Of a DNA stretch of 64,000 nucleotides, positions 18,324 through 27,133 are shown piece by piece. The position numbers were made by a program, and so were the translations under genes. The notes below the pieces were generated by a model. That model saw nothing but the letters and a program-made list of their open reading frames with translations. It had not been told where the DNA came from and made no database searches. This DNA comes from Rhodothermales bacterium (lineage in GTDB: Bacteria > Bacteroidota > Rhodothermia > Rhodothermales > VXPQ01). Numbering within the stretch: position 1 is the stretch's first letter; each line of letters begins with the position of its first letter. Where the stretch lies: assembly GCA_965248175.1 (NCBI GenBank), contig OZ252093.1, positions 2,782,406 through 2,846,405 of the forward strand, given 5' to 3'.

Positions 18324-18343
18324 CGGGAAATCCGGCCGCCAGG

Positions 18344-19210
18344 TTACGGATTGAGATCGCCCGTGTTGATGATCGGCTGCGTGCTCTTGTCAGCACAGAG
18401 TACGACCAGCAGGTTGCTCACCATGGCTGCCTTACGCTCCTCATCGAGCTCGACGATGCCCCGACTGGACAGAGCATCGAGCGCCATCTGCACCATGCTC
18501 ACGGCACCCTCCACAATCTGGCTCCGGGCATCAATGATGGCGCCCGCCTGTTGCCGCTGGAGCATTGCCGAGGCGATTTCCGGCGCATAGGCCAAGTGGT
18601 TGATCCGCGCCTCGATCACCTCTACCCCGGCCCTGTCGAGCCGATCCTGTATCTCCGCCTGTAACTTGTCGGCAATCTCGTCTGTGTTGCCCCGCAGCGA
18701 CAACTGTCCTTCCTCCTGCGTGTCGTAGGGATACCGGGTCGCGAGGTTACGCACCGCCGATTCGCTCTGGATGCGCACGAAATTGACGTAGTCGTTCACC
18801 TCGAAGGTGGCCACGGCGGTATCGACGACCCTCCAGACCACGACGGCCGCCATCTCGACAGGATTACCGTCGGTGTCGTTGACCTTGGAGCGTTCCGTCT
18901 CGAAGTTGCGCACCCGAACCGAGATGCGCTGCCTCGTATACAGCGGATTGGTGTACCGAAGCCCCGGCTCGCGGACGGTGGCGACGTAGTTGCCGAACAA
19001 CTGCAGCACCCGCGACTCGTTCGGGGCAACCGCGAACAGGCCCCGAAACAGGAAAAGAATGACCGGAAAACCCACGGCGGCAACCACGGTGAAGAATATG
19101 GCGTCGCGCTGCAAGCCGGATACGAACAGCGCAACATCCAGCGTGAGCCCGATCAGCAAAACAAACAGGACGAGCCAGCCGGAAGGCGCGGGCGACAATT
19201 TTTCTTGCAT
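18344..19210 (-). CDS. SPFH/Band-7 domain membrane protein
   Basis: 288 aa with two N-terminal transmembrane segments followed by an SPFH-like core. Confidence 0.65.
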   Translation of the reverse strand: MQEKLSPAPSGWLVLFVLLIGLTLDVALFVSGLQRDAIFFTVVAAVGFPVILFLFRGLFAVAPNESRVLQLFGNYVATVREPGLRYTNPLYTRQRISVRVRNFETERSKVNDTDGNPVEMAAVVVWRVVDTAVATFEVNDYVNFVRIQSESAVRNLATRYPYDTQEEGQLSLRGNTDEIADKLQAEIQDRLDRAGVEVIEARINHLAYAPEIASAMLQRQQAGAIIDARSQIVEGAVSMVQMALDALSSRGIVELDEERKAAMVSNLLVVLCADKSTQPIINTGDLNP

Positions 19211-19480
19211 GACAGTCGCGGAAATGGTGCGGAGAAAACGGAAATATCCCTTAACGGCACAACTACGGTAGATTTATACCGCGTTGCGTGCCGGTTTGCG
19301 CACGTAAAATACGCCTCAGGGGTTCGTTTGCCAAGAGATAGGCCGGGGCGCCTTTTCAGATAAGGAAAGGCCCAAGGAACACCTGCGAACAGGTAGAATG
19401 CCGCACGGTTACGATGCCCCGAAATGCGCAATGTGCCCAAGGCGTAAAAACGGAAGGCCTGGGGAGATACCCTGATCCCC

Positions 19481-22003
19481 TTACATCTGCATCCCCTGCA
19501 TTTCCTCTTCGTCTCCGCCGCCCTGTTCGTATTCACCGTTCTCGCGCTGCCGCTGCTGGCGTCCGAAGTTGTACGTCAGCGAAAGGTTGACCTGGCGGGC
19601 GTTGAAACTGCGGAACGTCTCCTGGTAGAACCGGGGCGTGTCGCGCGTCATGCTGTAATTCATCATATCGAACGGATCGCGGACCTGCAGGCTGAGGCTG
19701 GCCCGCTCGTTCAGCAACTGCTGGCGCGCCCCGATACTCACCCTCGACATCGAACCGATGCGGCCGTTTTCGATATTCATGGGCGCCCGGTAAAAATAGG
19801 AAAGCTGCACAGACAGCCCCTCCCGAACGCTGAGTGTGGTATTCCCGCGCGCCGACCAGCCCCAGGCGTCGTTGCCGAGACCACTCTCCACGTTGGACCC
19901 GTCCGTCTGCACCCTAAAAGCATTGAAACTGCCGAACGCATTCAGCCGGTTTGTCAGCCGCAACGTACCAATGGATTCGAAGCCCCACGAACTGCTCGAA
20001 TCGAAGTTTCGGAAGGTCGTGATCGATACTCCGCCGTCGTTAAGGAATTCATACCACTGGATTCGATTGATCGTCTTGCGATAATACGGGGTGAGCGTGA
20101 TGGAGACAGGGCCGGCGAAATGAATGTAACTACCCTCCATCGCATGCGTGTACTCCGGCTTGAGATACGGATTCCCTTCACGGCGAGAATACGGATCCAG
20201 GTTATCGTTGAAGGGATTCAGCGACCAGGTGCGCGGGCGATTGATGCGCTTGCTGTAGCTGAACTTGATCTGCTTCCAACTCGTCTCGGACCGGGACAAT
20301 TCCCAGGTCAGGAATGCACTCGGGAAGAAGCTGTTGTAATCGTTCTCGTACCGGTCGTTTGTTGTGGTCAGGTCGAAAGTCGTCCGCGCCTGTTCGTAGC
20401 GCAAACCAACCTGCGTGGCGAAAGGCCCGAAGGCTTGCTGCACGATGCCGAAGGCGGCCTGGATATTCTGCTGGTAATCGAATGTGTTTGTCTTGTGCGC
20501 ATCCGTCAGATACGCATTCAGGTCGTGATCGAACGTCTCAACCCCAAACCGGCTGTCCAGTAAATCGATAGACCCCTTGTACCCCGCCTCCAGCTTACCG
20601 TTGCCCAACGGGCGGACGTAATCCAACTGGAATGACCCCTCGCCGTTGTTCTCATCCTGCGTCGAACGCTGCATGAACGGATCGGCCTCAACACCCGGAA
20701 TACCCCCTCCGAAGCGAAGCCCATTCTCCGTATAGCTGTTCTTGTCGTCCTCCTTCTCTTTTTCGTACCGCACCTCGGCCTGCAGTTCGTGCGCCCCCGA
20801 CTCAATAATGCGCGAAAACGTCAGGCGGTAATCCTGATTCAAGTCCGACCGGTCTCCGATGCGCGTCCGGTCGTAACTGTTCATTTCCACCCGGTTCGCA
20901 TCAAGAATGCGATAGGCATTCAGCCCATCCTGATCCCCCCCGCGTACGCTCAGCCTCGTGGCCAGCGACAACACGTTCTTGTCGGTCATGTTGTAATCGG
21001 CGCTGACCCTGAGGTTATGCGAGTCGCGGCCGCTCTCGCCCCGATCGTCCTGGTCGATCACGGTCAGCGGATCGGCCACGCGATTTTCCTGGAGGCGGTC
21101 CCCCACCGAGTTGCGCACGCCGTGGCGCAACCCGTAGTTCACGAACGTGGAGAACTTGCCCGTTATAAAATTGAGCGAGCCCCCGGCATTGTAACTCTCC
21201 TGGGTACCGCCTCCGACCCTAATGCTTCCGCCGAGGCCGAGATTCTGGTCTTTGCGCAATACGATATTGAGGATACCGGACATGCCGTCGGGTTCGTACC
21301 TGGCCGACGGATTGGGTATGACCTCGACCCGGTCGATCGTACTCGCCGGCAATCCCTGCAGGAAGGTGATGAGCGCCTCCCCGGTCATGGACGTAGGACG
21401 GCCATTGAGGAGAATGGCCACGTTCTGGTTGCCCCGCAGACTGATATTGCCGTCAATATCCACTTCCACCGAAGGAATTTCCTCCAGCACCTGGCTGGCG
21501 TCACCTCCGGCGGACACCAGTTGATCCCTGGTGTTGTACACGGTCCGGTCGATGCCGACTTCCATGAACTCCCGGCGCTCCTCGACAATCACTTCATCCA
21601 GCATCTGCGCATCGGGCATCAATTCGACGGTTCCGAGATCTGCAATGAACGATCCCGGCAAAAGGGCCACATCCGAAATCTCCTCCGTGAGATACCCCAC
21701 AAAGCTGACCTGGACGTAATATCTTCCCGGGCGAAGCCCTTCGATCAGAAAAGCGCCGTCGGTGTCGCTGATCGCTCCGGTGGCAAGTGAAGAATCCCGT
21801 ACGCTCCACACGGCCACGGAAGCGGACGGAATGGATTCGCCCGTTTCTCCGTCGAGAATGCTTCCGGAAATTTCCGTCGAGGGCATCTGCCCTCTAGGCC
21901 TTTCGCCTCCCCCCCTGTTACCGTACTGCTGGGCATAAGCCGACTGCATAGGAGAGACGGCAAACAACAAACCGGCAGCGATGAGCATCGTGGAGCGTAG
22001 CAT
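19481..22003 (-). CDS. TonB-dependent receptor-like outer-membrane beta-barrel with CarboxypepD_reg domain
   Basis: Signal peptide 'MLRSTMLIAAGLLFAVSPMQSAYAQ' (the track start at 22057 is probably too long). 'GSILDGETGESIPSASVAV' is carboxypeptidase-regulatory-like. The C-terminus is a long beta-barrel region rich in aromatic residues. Confidence 0.8.
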   Translation of the reverse strand: MLRSTMLIAAGLLFAVSPMQSAYAQQYGNRGGGERPRGQMPSTEISGSILDGETGESIPSASVAVWSVRDSSLATGAISDTDGAFLIEGLRPGRYYVQVSFVGYLTEEISDVALLPGSFIADLGTVELMPDAQMLDEVIVEERREFMEVGIDRTVYNTRDQLVSAGGDASQVLEEIPSVEVDIDGNISLRGNQNVAILLNGRPTSMTGEALITFLQGLPASTIDRVEVIPNPSARYEPDGMSGILNIVLRKDQNLGLGGSIRVGGGTQESYNAGGSLNFITGKFSTFVNYGLRHGVRNSVGDRLQENRVADPLTVIDQDDRGESGRDSHNLRVSADYNMTDKNVLSLATRLSVRGGDQDGLNAYRILDANRVEMNSYDRTRIGDRSDLNQDYRLTFSRIIESGAHELQAEVRYEKEKEDDKNSYTENGLRFGGGIPGVEADPFMQRSTQDENNGEGSFQLDYVRPLGNGKLEAGYKGSIDLLDSRFGVETFDHDLNAYLTDAHKTNTFDYQQNIQAAFGIVQQAFGPFATQVGLRYEQARTTFDLTTTNDRYENDYNSFFPSAFLTWELSRSETSWKQIKFSYSKRINRPRTWSLNPFNDNLDPYSRREGNPYLKPEYTHAMEGSYIHFAGPVSITLTPYYRKTINRIQWYEFLNDGGVSITTFRNFDSSSSWGFESIGTLRLTNRLNAFGSFNAFRVQTDGSNVESGLGNDAWGWSARGNTTLSVREGLSVQLSYFYRAPMNIENGRIGSMSRVSIGARQQLLNERASLSLQVRDPFDMMNYSMTRDTPRFYQETFRSFNARQVNLSLTYNFGRQQRQRENGEYEQGGGDEEEMQGMQM

Positions 22004-22349
22004 AACAGCGATATCCTTTCGGGGGTGTATGAACTTGTTAAAAGGAACGCCGGACAACGCCTGCAGCCCGGGTTCCCGACAAGAAAATGTAAGAAGAACA
22101 CGTATAAGACCTGCAGAATGGGAAATTCATTCCATGAACATCCCAAGCATTTTTGAAACGCTCTCGCAGGCGATCTTGTTGCCTGCATGTATATCGGGGC
22201 GACGCACAAAAAGATGCGAGGCGCGCAAAAGCACGCCCCGCAGTCTTGAAGCATTGTTGGTGAGCCGGAAAAGCAGCAGGCACTTTTCAATCAACTACCG
22301 GCAACGTTACCCGGCCCCGGGCAAACGACAGCGGCGGTTCCGAAACGCA

Positions 22350-23102
22350 TCAGAGGCGAAGAAGGCGCCTGCTCATGGCGACACGGGAAGCGGCAGGATC
22401 GGCCTCCGGGTCCAAGTCCTCCAGGTCCAATTCGACATCGCGCTCCACTGGAGTATCACACAGCATGCCGGAAGTACCGCCCTCCACATCGATGTTGCCT
22501 CCGATGAGGAGACCCGCGTCGGGGTCTGAACCAAAACTGAGTTCAATCCGTACGTCGGTAGACAAGTCTACCTCGCACGCACCGGACCGGCCGCCCACTT
22601 CCCAATCCACCATGCCTGTCGTAGTGCTGACTGTCGTAGAGATGATACTCCCCGTACTGTCGGACTGCAACGCCGTAAAGGAAACCCTGCTTTGCAGGCG
22701 CACGCCGGACTCGCTGTCAAGCGTAAAGGTCACGTCATCCACAGTCATCACGCATCCCGAGGGAAACAGCAAAAGATCGGTATTCTCAGCGATTTCCTCT
22801 TCACCGGAAATATCGCTCATACTCGTACCCTGCAATCTGATGGAGCCTCCTCCAGAGCACGAGGCGACCGTATCTATCGCCATCTGGAGATCTTCATCGG
22901 TCGGCATTATATCCGAAACCGGCGGCTCCGCACTCTCAACCGCACTCTCCGGGTCCAGCACCCCGAAACCGGTGCTGATAGCTGTAAAGAGGGCATCGAC
23001 CTCCTGCTCTGTCAGCATATCTTCGGTATCCACACTGTCGCAGGCGGTCAACGCCGAAAACAGAAAAAGTATACAAACAAATACGCCGTAACGGGATAAC
23101 AT
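22350..23102 (-). CDS. Acidic lipoprotein, function unknown
   Basis: Lipobox 'FSALTACDS' after a hydrophobic leader. No recognisable domain. Confidence 0.5.
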   Translation of the reverse strand: MLSRYGVFVCILFLFSALTACDSVDTEDMLTEQEVDALFTAISTGFGVLDPESAVESAEPPVSDIMPTDEDLQMAIDTVASCSGGGSIRLQGTSMSDISGEEEIAENTDLLLFPSGCVMTVDDVTFTLDSESGVRLQSRVSFTALQSDSTGSIISTTVSTTTGMVDWEVGGRSGACEVDLSTDVRIELSFGSDPDAGLLIGGNIDVEGGTSGMLCDTPVERDVELDLEDLDPEADPAASRVAMSRRLLRL

Positions 23103-23261
23103 GGAGAGCCTCCATAGGGGTTGGGTGCATGATTCGATGCACAATAAGGCAAATACTGTGCCAAAATCCTACTCATTGCACCAATACTCACTTTAGAAAG
23201 TACGCGCAGGCTTCGGTATATTAGCCGCTCCGCACGATTTTTCCTTCGATCACCGGTCAAT

Positions 23262-24212
23262 ATGCCCTCGACGCCCTTCCGGCCGGCAAACGCCCCGACC
23301 CTGTATTTCATCGGCGTAACCACGAAGCAATCTTCCATCGTGCCCATCTTCCCGAAATGGGCCAGGCGCCTCGGACTGGACGATGCGCGCCTCGTGGGCG
23401 TGGACGTTCCGATCGGTGCAAGCCCGGATACCTACCGGGACATCGTGCGCTGCATCAAGAACGACCCGCTCTCGATGGGCGCACTGATCACCACCCACAA
23501 GATCGACCTTCTCGCGGCGAGCCGTGACCTGTTCGACGAACTGGACCCGTATGCGCACCTGCTCGGAGAAATTTCCTGCATTTCCAAGCAAGGCGAACAT
23601 CTCGTCGGCCATGCGAAAGACGCTGTGACGGGCCGCCGGGCGCTCGATGCGTTTCTTCCGGGCGGATACTGGAAAAAAACCGGCGCCGAAATCCTCTTCC
23701 TGGGAGCCGGCGGCGCTACCGTAGCAACCACGAGCTTGCTTCTGGCCGCCCCGAACGACGAACAGCCTGCTCGGATCACCGTGACGGATGTCGACGCCGG
23801 TCGGATACGCAGCATCCAGGCCGTGCACAACCAGGTGGAACACGACGCAAACGTACAGTACCTCCTCGTTGAGGATGCTACCGGTAACGACGAGGCGATG
23901 CAGGCCCTCCCTGCGCGCTCGGTGGTAATAAACGGTACGGGTATGGGCAAGGACCGTCCGGGCTCCCCGGTATCCGACAAGGCCGTCTTTCCTCAGGACG
24001 GCTATGCCTGGGATTACAATTACCGGGGCGATTTTATCTTCCTGAACCAGGCGGAGCAATGCCGCCGGGGGGTAAAGACAGTGGATGGCTGGACCTATTT
24101 CCTTTACGGATGGACCAGCATCATTGCCGAGGTGTTCGGGATCCCCATCCCGGAAGAAGGCCCGGAATTCGAGGCGCTCTCGGACATCGCCGCCGCATAC
24201 CGGCGCAGATGA
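23262..24212 (+). CDS. Shikimate/quinate dehydrogenase family protein
   Basis: 'YFIGVTTKQSSIVPIFPKW...MGALITTHKIDL' and 'FLGAGGATVA' NAD(P)-binding motif. Confidence 0.7.
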   Translation: MPSTPFRPANAPTLYFIGVTTKQSSIVPIFPKWARRLGLDDARLVGVDVPIGASPDTYRDIVRCIKNDPLSMGALITTHKIDLLAASRDLFDELDPYAHLLGEISCISKQGEHLVGHAKDAVTGRRALDAFLPGGYWKKTGAEILFLGAGGATVATTSLLLAAPNDEQPARITVTDVDAGRIRSIQAVHNQVEHDANVQYLLVEDATGNDEAMQALPARSVVINGTGMGKDRPGSPVSDKAVFPQDGYAWDYNYRGDFIFLNQAEQCRRGVKTVDGWTYFLYGWTSIIAEVFGIPIPEEGPEFEALSDIAAAYRRR

Positions 24213-24378
24213 CCTGTGGAGCAGGCGCGGGCCAGTAGGCAAAACCGCCTTTGTTGGTGCAAAAGCCCGAAAAACCGCGAAGGTTCGGCCACGCGTCTTC
24301 GATCAGTGGAGCGACCGGCGAAAGGCATGGGCGGCAAGCGGCTTCGGGGCACAGACGCGATCGCATGACAAGCAAAAT

Positions 24379-24394
24379 GTAACAAAGTTGTTAC
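24379..24394. promoter_or_regulatory. Perfect palindrome GTAACAA-AG-TTGTTAC upstream of the heptad-repeat gene (candidate operator)
   Basis: Two 7-bp arms with a 2-bp spacer, about 75 bp upstream of ATG 24469, followed by an AT-rich 'tatattat'. The function is inferred only. Confidence 0.3.
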
Positions 24395-24468
24395 CTCCTT
24401 AACGGACCCGTTTTTATCTCGTATATTATGCATAGCAAGCCGGGTTAACGAATCCTATAGAGAACGCA

Positions 24469-24810
24469 ATGGATGCAGACCTGAAAAAAGCCATCGACGG
24501 AATCGGCCAGCGATTCGACAGCATGGACCAGCGATTCGATGGCATCGACCAGCGACTCGACGGCATGGACCAGCGATTCGACGGAATCGACCAGCGATTC
24601 GACGGAATCGACCAGCAGTTCGACGACCTGAAAGACGAAGTATTAGCCGTGGAGGTACGGTTAAACAAACGCATCGACGACGTAGAAGACCGCTTGTCAT
24701 CCAAAATCGATGTCGTTGAATCACTGGCGCGAAAAATCGACCGATCTCTCGGAAACGTTTCGCAAATACCCGACAGGTTTATGCCTGTCCTGCCCGGCCC
24801 ATCGCAGTAA
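24469..24810 (+). CDS. Small coiled-coil-like protein built from (D-Q-R-F-D-G-I/M) heptad repeats
   Basis: 113 aa with an ATG start. It is followed by a good intrinsic terminator. The antisense frames are obvious shadows of the repeat. Confidence 0.6.
   Translation: MDADLKKAIDGIGQRFDSMDQRFDGIDQRLDGMDQRFDGIDQRFDGIDQQFDDLKDEVLAVEVRLNKRIDDVEDRLSSKIDVVESLARKIDRSLGNVSQIPDRFMPVLPGPSQ
24496..24621 (+). repeat. Tandem repeat, 6 x 21 nt, in frame
   Basis: Units start at 24496, 24517, 24538, 24559, 24580 and 24601. The consensus is gacggaatcgaccagcgattc. Confidence 0.9.
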
Positions 24811-24851
24811 GCGAATCAAGCGGAATAGCCGCATATCCCCCACCGTGTACA

Positions 24852-24888
24852 AGCCCCGTCCATCGAATCGGATCGGGGCTTTTCTGTT
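24852..24888 (+). terminator. Rho-independent terminator
   Basis: AGCCCCGTCC / GGA(T)CGGGGCT stem with an 8-nt loop, followed by TTTTCTGTT. Confidence 0.65.
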
Positions 24889-25278
24889 GCCGGGCAAAAA
24901 TACAAAGTTTACGTTTTTGGAGTTGCCCAGGGGAAACGGCAGTTTGACATCCCGGCGCTTTTAGATAGAATCCTCTTTATTCGACCAACATTGAGCGCAT
25001 TCTGCTCAAAAATCCAGGCTTATAATAATTCAGTAGCCGCATTGCATCCAAATCGCCCCGCTCCGCCACCGAAAAAAGACGTTCGTTTTTTTCTTTCTCG
25101 CATTCTGTCATTATTCCTTCACCTATGTATGTGCAAAACAGTGTGCAATTGCGCCGTTTTCATACCATCTTGTATTTACAATTGCCCGGCAATAATCGTA
25201 TTCGCCCATACTTCCCCCGTTCGCAACCGATATGTGATCGTTCCGCATCGACGACGCACCAAACACGCCCGCTTTCCC

Positions 25279-26307
25279 CTACCGCTCCACGCGCCCGGAA
25301 CCGGAACCCTTCGCCAGATTTTCGACCTCCTGCGCCGAGACGAGGTTGAAATCGCCCGGAATGGTCTGCTTGAGGCAGGAGGCCGCCACGGCAAACTCAA
25401 GCGCTTCCCGCGAATCGCTTTTCGTCAACAGGCCGGCAATCAGGCCCGCTGCAAACGCATCGCCGCCGCCTACACGATCTACAAGCCGGATCTCGTAGCG
25501 GGTTGAACGCTGCGGCTCGACGCATGCCCCGTCGTCGTGCAACAGGGCGCTCCAGCCGTTCATGGACGCCGAAAAACTCTCCCGCAGCGTAATCGCCACG
25601 GCACGAAATCCGTACTCTTTTTTGAGTTGCCGGGCAAGACCGAAATACGCTTCCTCGTCCAGTTCGGCAGCTTCCACATCGGACGCGCCTGCCCGGAAGC
25701 CGAGGCTGCGCTCAGCGTCCTCCTCGTTAGCGATGCATACGTCCACATACTCCATGAGGGGGCGCATCACGGCCTGCGCTTCTTTTTCCGTCCACAACTT
25801 GGCCCGGAAGTTCAGATCGCAGCTTATGGACGCACCAGCGCGGCGGGCTGCCCGGCAGGCTGCCTCAAGCATCCGACAAGGAGTCTCTCCGAGCGCCGGG
25901 GTGATGCCGGTCCAGTGGAACCACGCTGCGCCGTCGAACACGGCCTCCAGATCGACCTCGTCGGGCACAAGCGTCGTTACGGCGCTCCCGGCGCGGTCGT
26001 AGAGGACCTTGGACCCTCGCTGGCTCGCTCCCGTTTCGAGGAAATAAATGCCGAGACGGTCACCCCCGCGTACGATAAACCGGTCGGATACGCCGTAGCG
26101 CCGCAAGTCGTTGACGCAGGCTTGCCCGATCTCGTGCCCGGGAATTTTGGACAGGAAGAAACTGTCGAATCCGAAGCCGGCCAGCGCGACGGCCACATTG
26201 GCCTCCCCGCCCCCGAAGGACACATCCAGGGAAGGCGTTTGCACAAAACGCCCGTGTCCCGGAGGCGACAGCCGGAGCATGACTTCGCCGAACGTAACCG
26301 TTTTCAT
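25279..26307 (-). CDS. kdgK: 2-dehydro-3-deoxygluconokinase (PfkB sugar kinase)
   Basis: 'MKTVTFGEVMLRLSPPG' N-terminus and 'VDRVGGGDAFAAGLI' PfkB signature. The start was moved to ATG 26307. Confidence 0.8.
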   Translation of the reverse strand: MKTVTFGEVMLRLSPPGHGRFVQTPSLDVSFGGGEANVAVALAGFGFDSFFLSKIPGHEIGQACVNDLRRYGVSDRFIVRGGDRLGIYFLETGASQRGSKVLYDRAGSAVTTLVPDEVDLEAVFDGAAWFHWTGITPALGETPCRMLEAACRAARRAGASISCDLNFRAKLWTEKEAQAVMRPLMEYVDVCIANEEDAERSLGFRAGASDVEAAELDEEAYFGLARQLKKEYGFRAVAITLRESFSASMNGWSALLHDDGACVEPQRSTRYEIRLVDRVGGGDAFAAGLIAGLLTKSDSREALEFAVAASCLKQTIPGDFNLVSAQEVENLAKGSGSGRVER

Positions 26308-26332
26308 AACAAACCCGGACGTATTCCCTTGC

Positions 26333-27133
26333 CTACTCCAGTTCCCTGACCCAGATATTCCGAAAACGCACCGGGTGGTCGTGATCCTGCAAGGAAATCG
26401 GAAGCCGGTCGGCATGGGCCTCGTACGGCGGCCGCGACCGGTGCCCCGAAGGGCCGGTCATTTCCTCGTGGTTCTGCACCAGTACGCCGTTATGGAAAAC
26501 GGTCACAAAAGCTGGAGAAACGAGTGCGCCGTCTTCATCGAAACGGGGGCGGCGGAATACGATGTCATAGACATTCCACTCGCCCGGCGCGCTCATCGCG
26601 TTGACGAGCGGCGGATACTGGCCGTACAATGCAGCAGCCTGTCCATCGGGATACGTGTCGTTCTCGTAGGAATCCAGTACCTGCACCTCATAGGTCTCCA
26701 TCAGGAAAACGCCGCTGTTGCCACGATTCTGATCCTCGCCGTCGGGCGGCATGGGTGCAGACCACTCGACATGCAACTGCACGTCACCGAAGCCCTGCTT
26801 CGTTCGAATACCCCCGGTGCGGGGCTGCACCTCGAAATAACCGTCGGCCACCTTCCAGGGCGCCGGATCTCCGCTGAGGCTCTCCCAGGCGGACAATCCT
26901 TCCGGAGACGATGCGCCCCCGAAAAGAACGATGGCGTCGGAAGGGGCCTGTCCGGCCGCCTGATCCATGCTCGGTATCGCCGGGGAGACCACCATGGGCT
27001 GGGGCCGTTCCCGATCGTGTACATCCCAGTCCGCCGGGGTGCGGCTACCCTGTCCCTCGGTGTCCTGGCCAAGCGCCGGCGACGCAGCGAAAAGAACGGC
27101 GGCGATAAAAGGCATAATGCGTGTCATAGTCAA
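26333..27133 (-). CDS. DUF1080 (3-keto-disaccharide hydrolase-like) secreted protein
   Basis: Signal peptide, 'NSGVFLM' and C-terminal 'VRFRNIWVREL', which are typical of DUF1080. Confidence 0.7.
   Translation of the reverse strand: MTMTRIMPFIAAVLFAASPALGQDTEGQGSRTPADWDVHDRERPQPMVVSPAIPSMDQAAGQAPSDAIVLFGGASSPEGLSAWESLSGDPAPWKVADGYFEVQPRTGGIRTKQGFGDVQLHVEWSAPMPPDGEDQNRGNSGVFLMETYEVQVLDSYENDTYPDGQAAALYGQYPPLVNAMSAPGEWNVYDIVFRRPRFDEDGALVSPAFVTVFHNGVLVQNHEEMTGPSGHRSRPPYEAHADRLPISLQDHDHPVRFRNIWVRELE

Noticed and set aside
24496-24621. Regularly spaced short repeats that could be mistaken for a CRISPR array (also 34027..34188, 47101..47213 and 63910..63993).
   Set aside because: The units are directly adjacent with no spacers, measure 21-42 nt, and lie in frame inside coding sequences. 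No cas genes are present.
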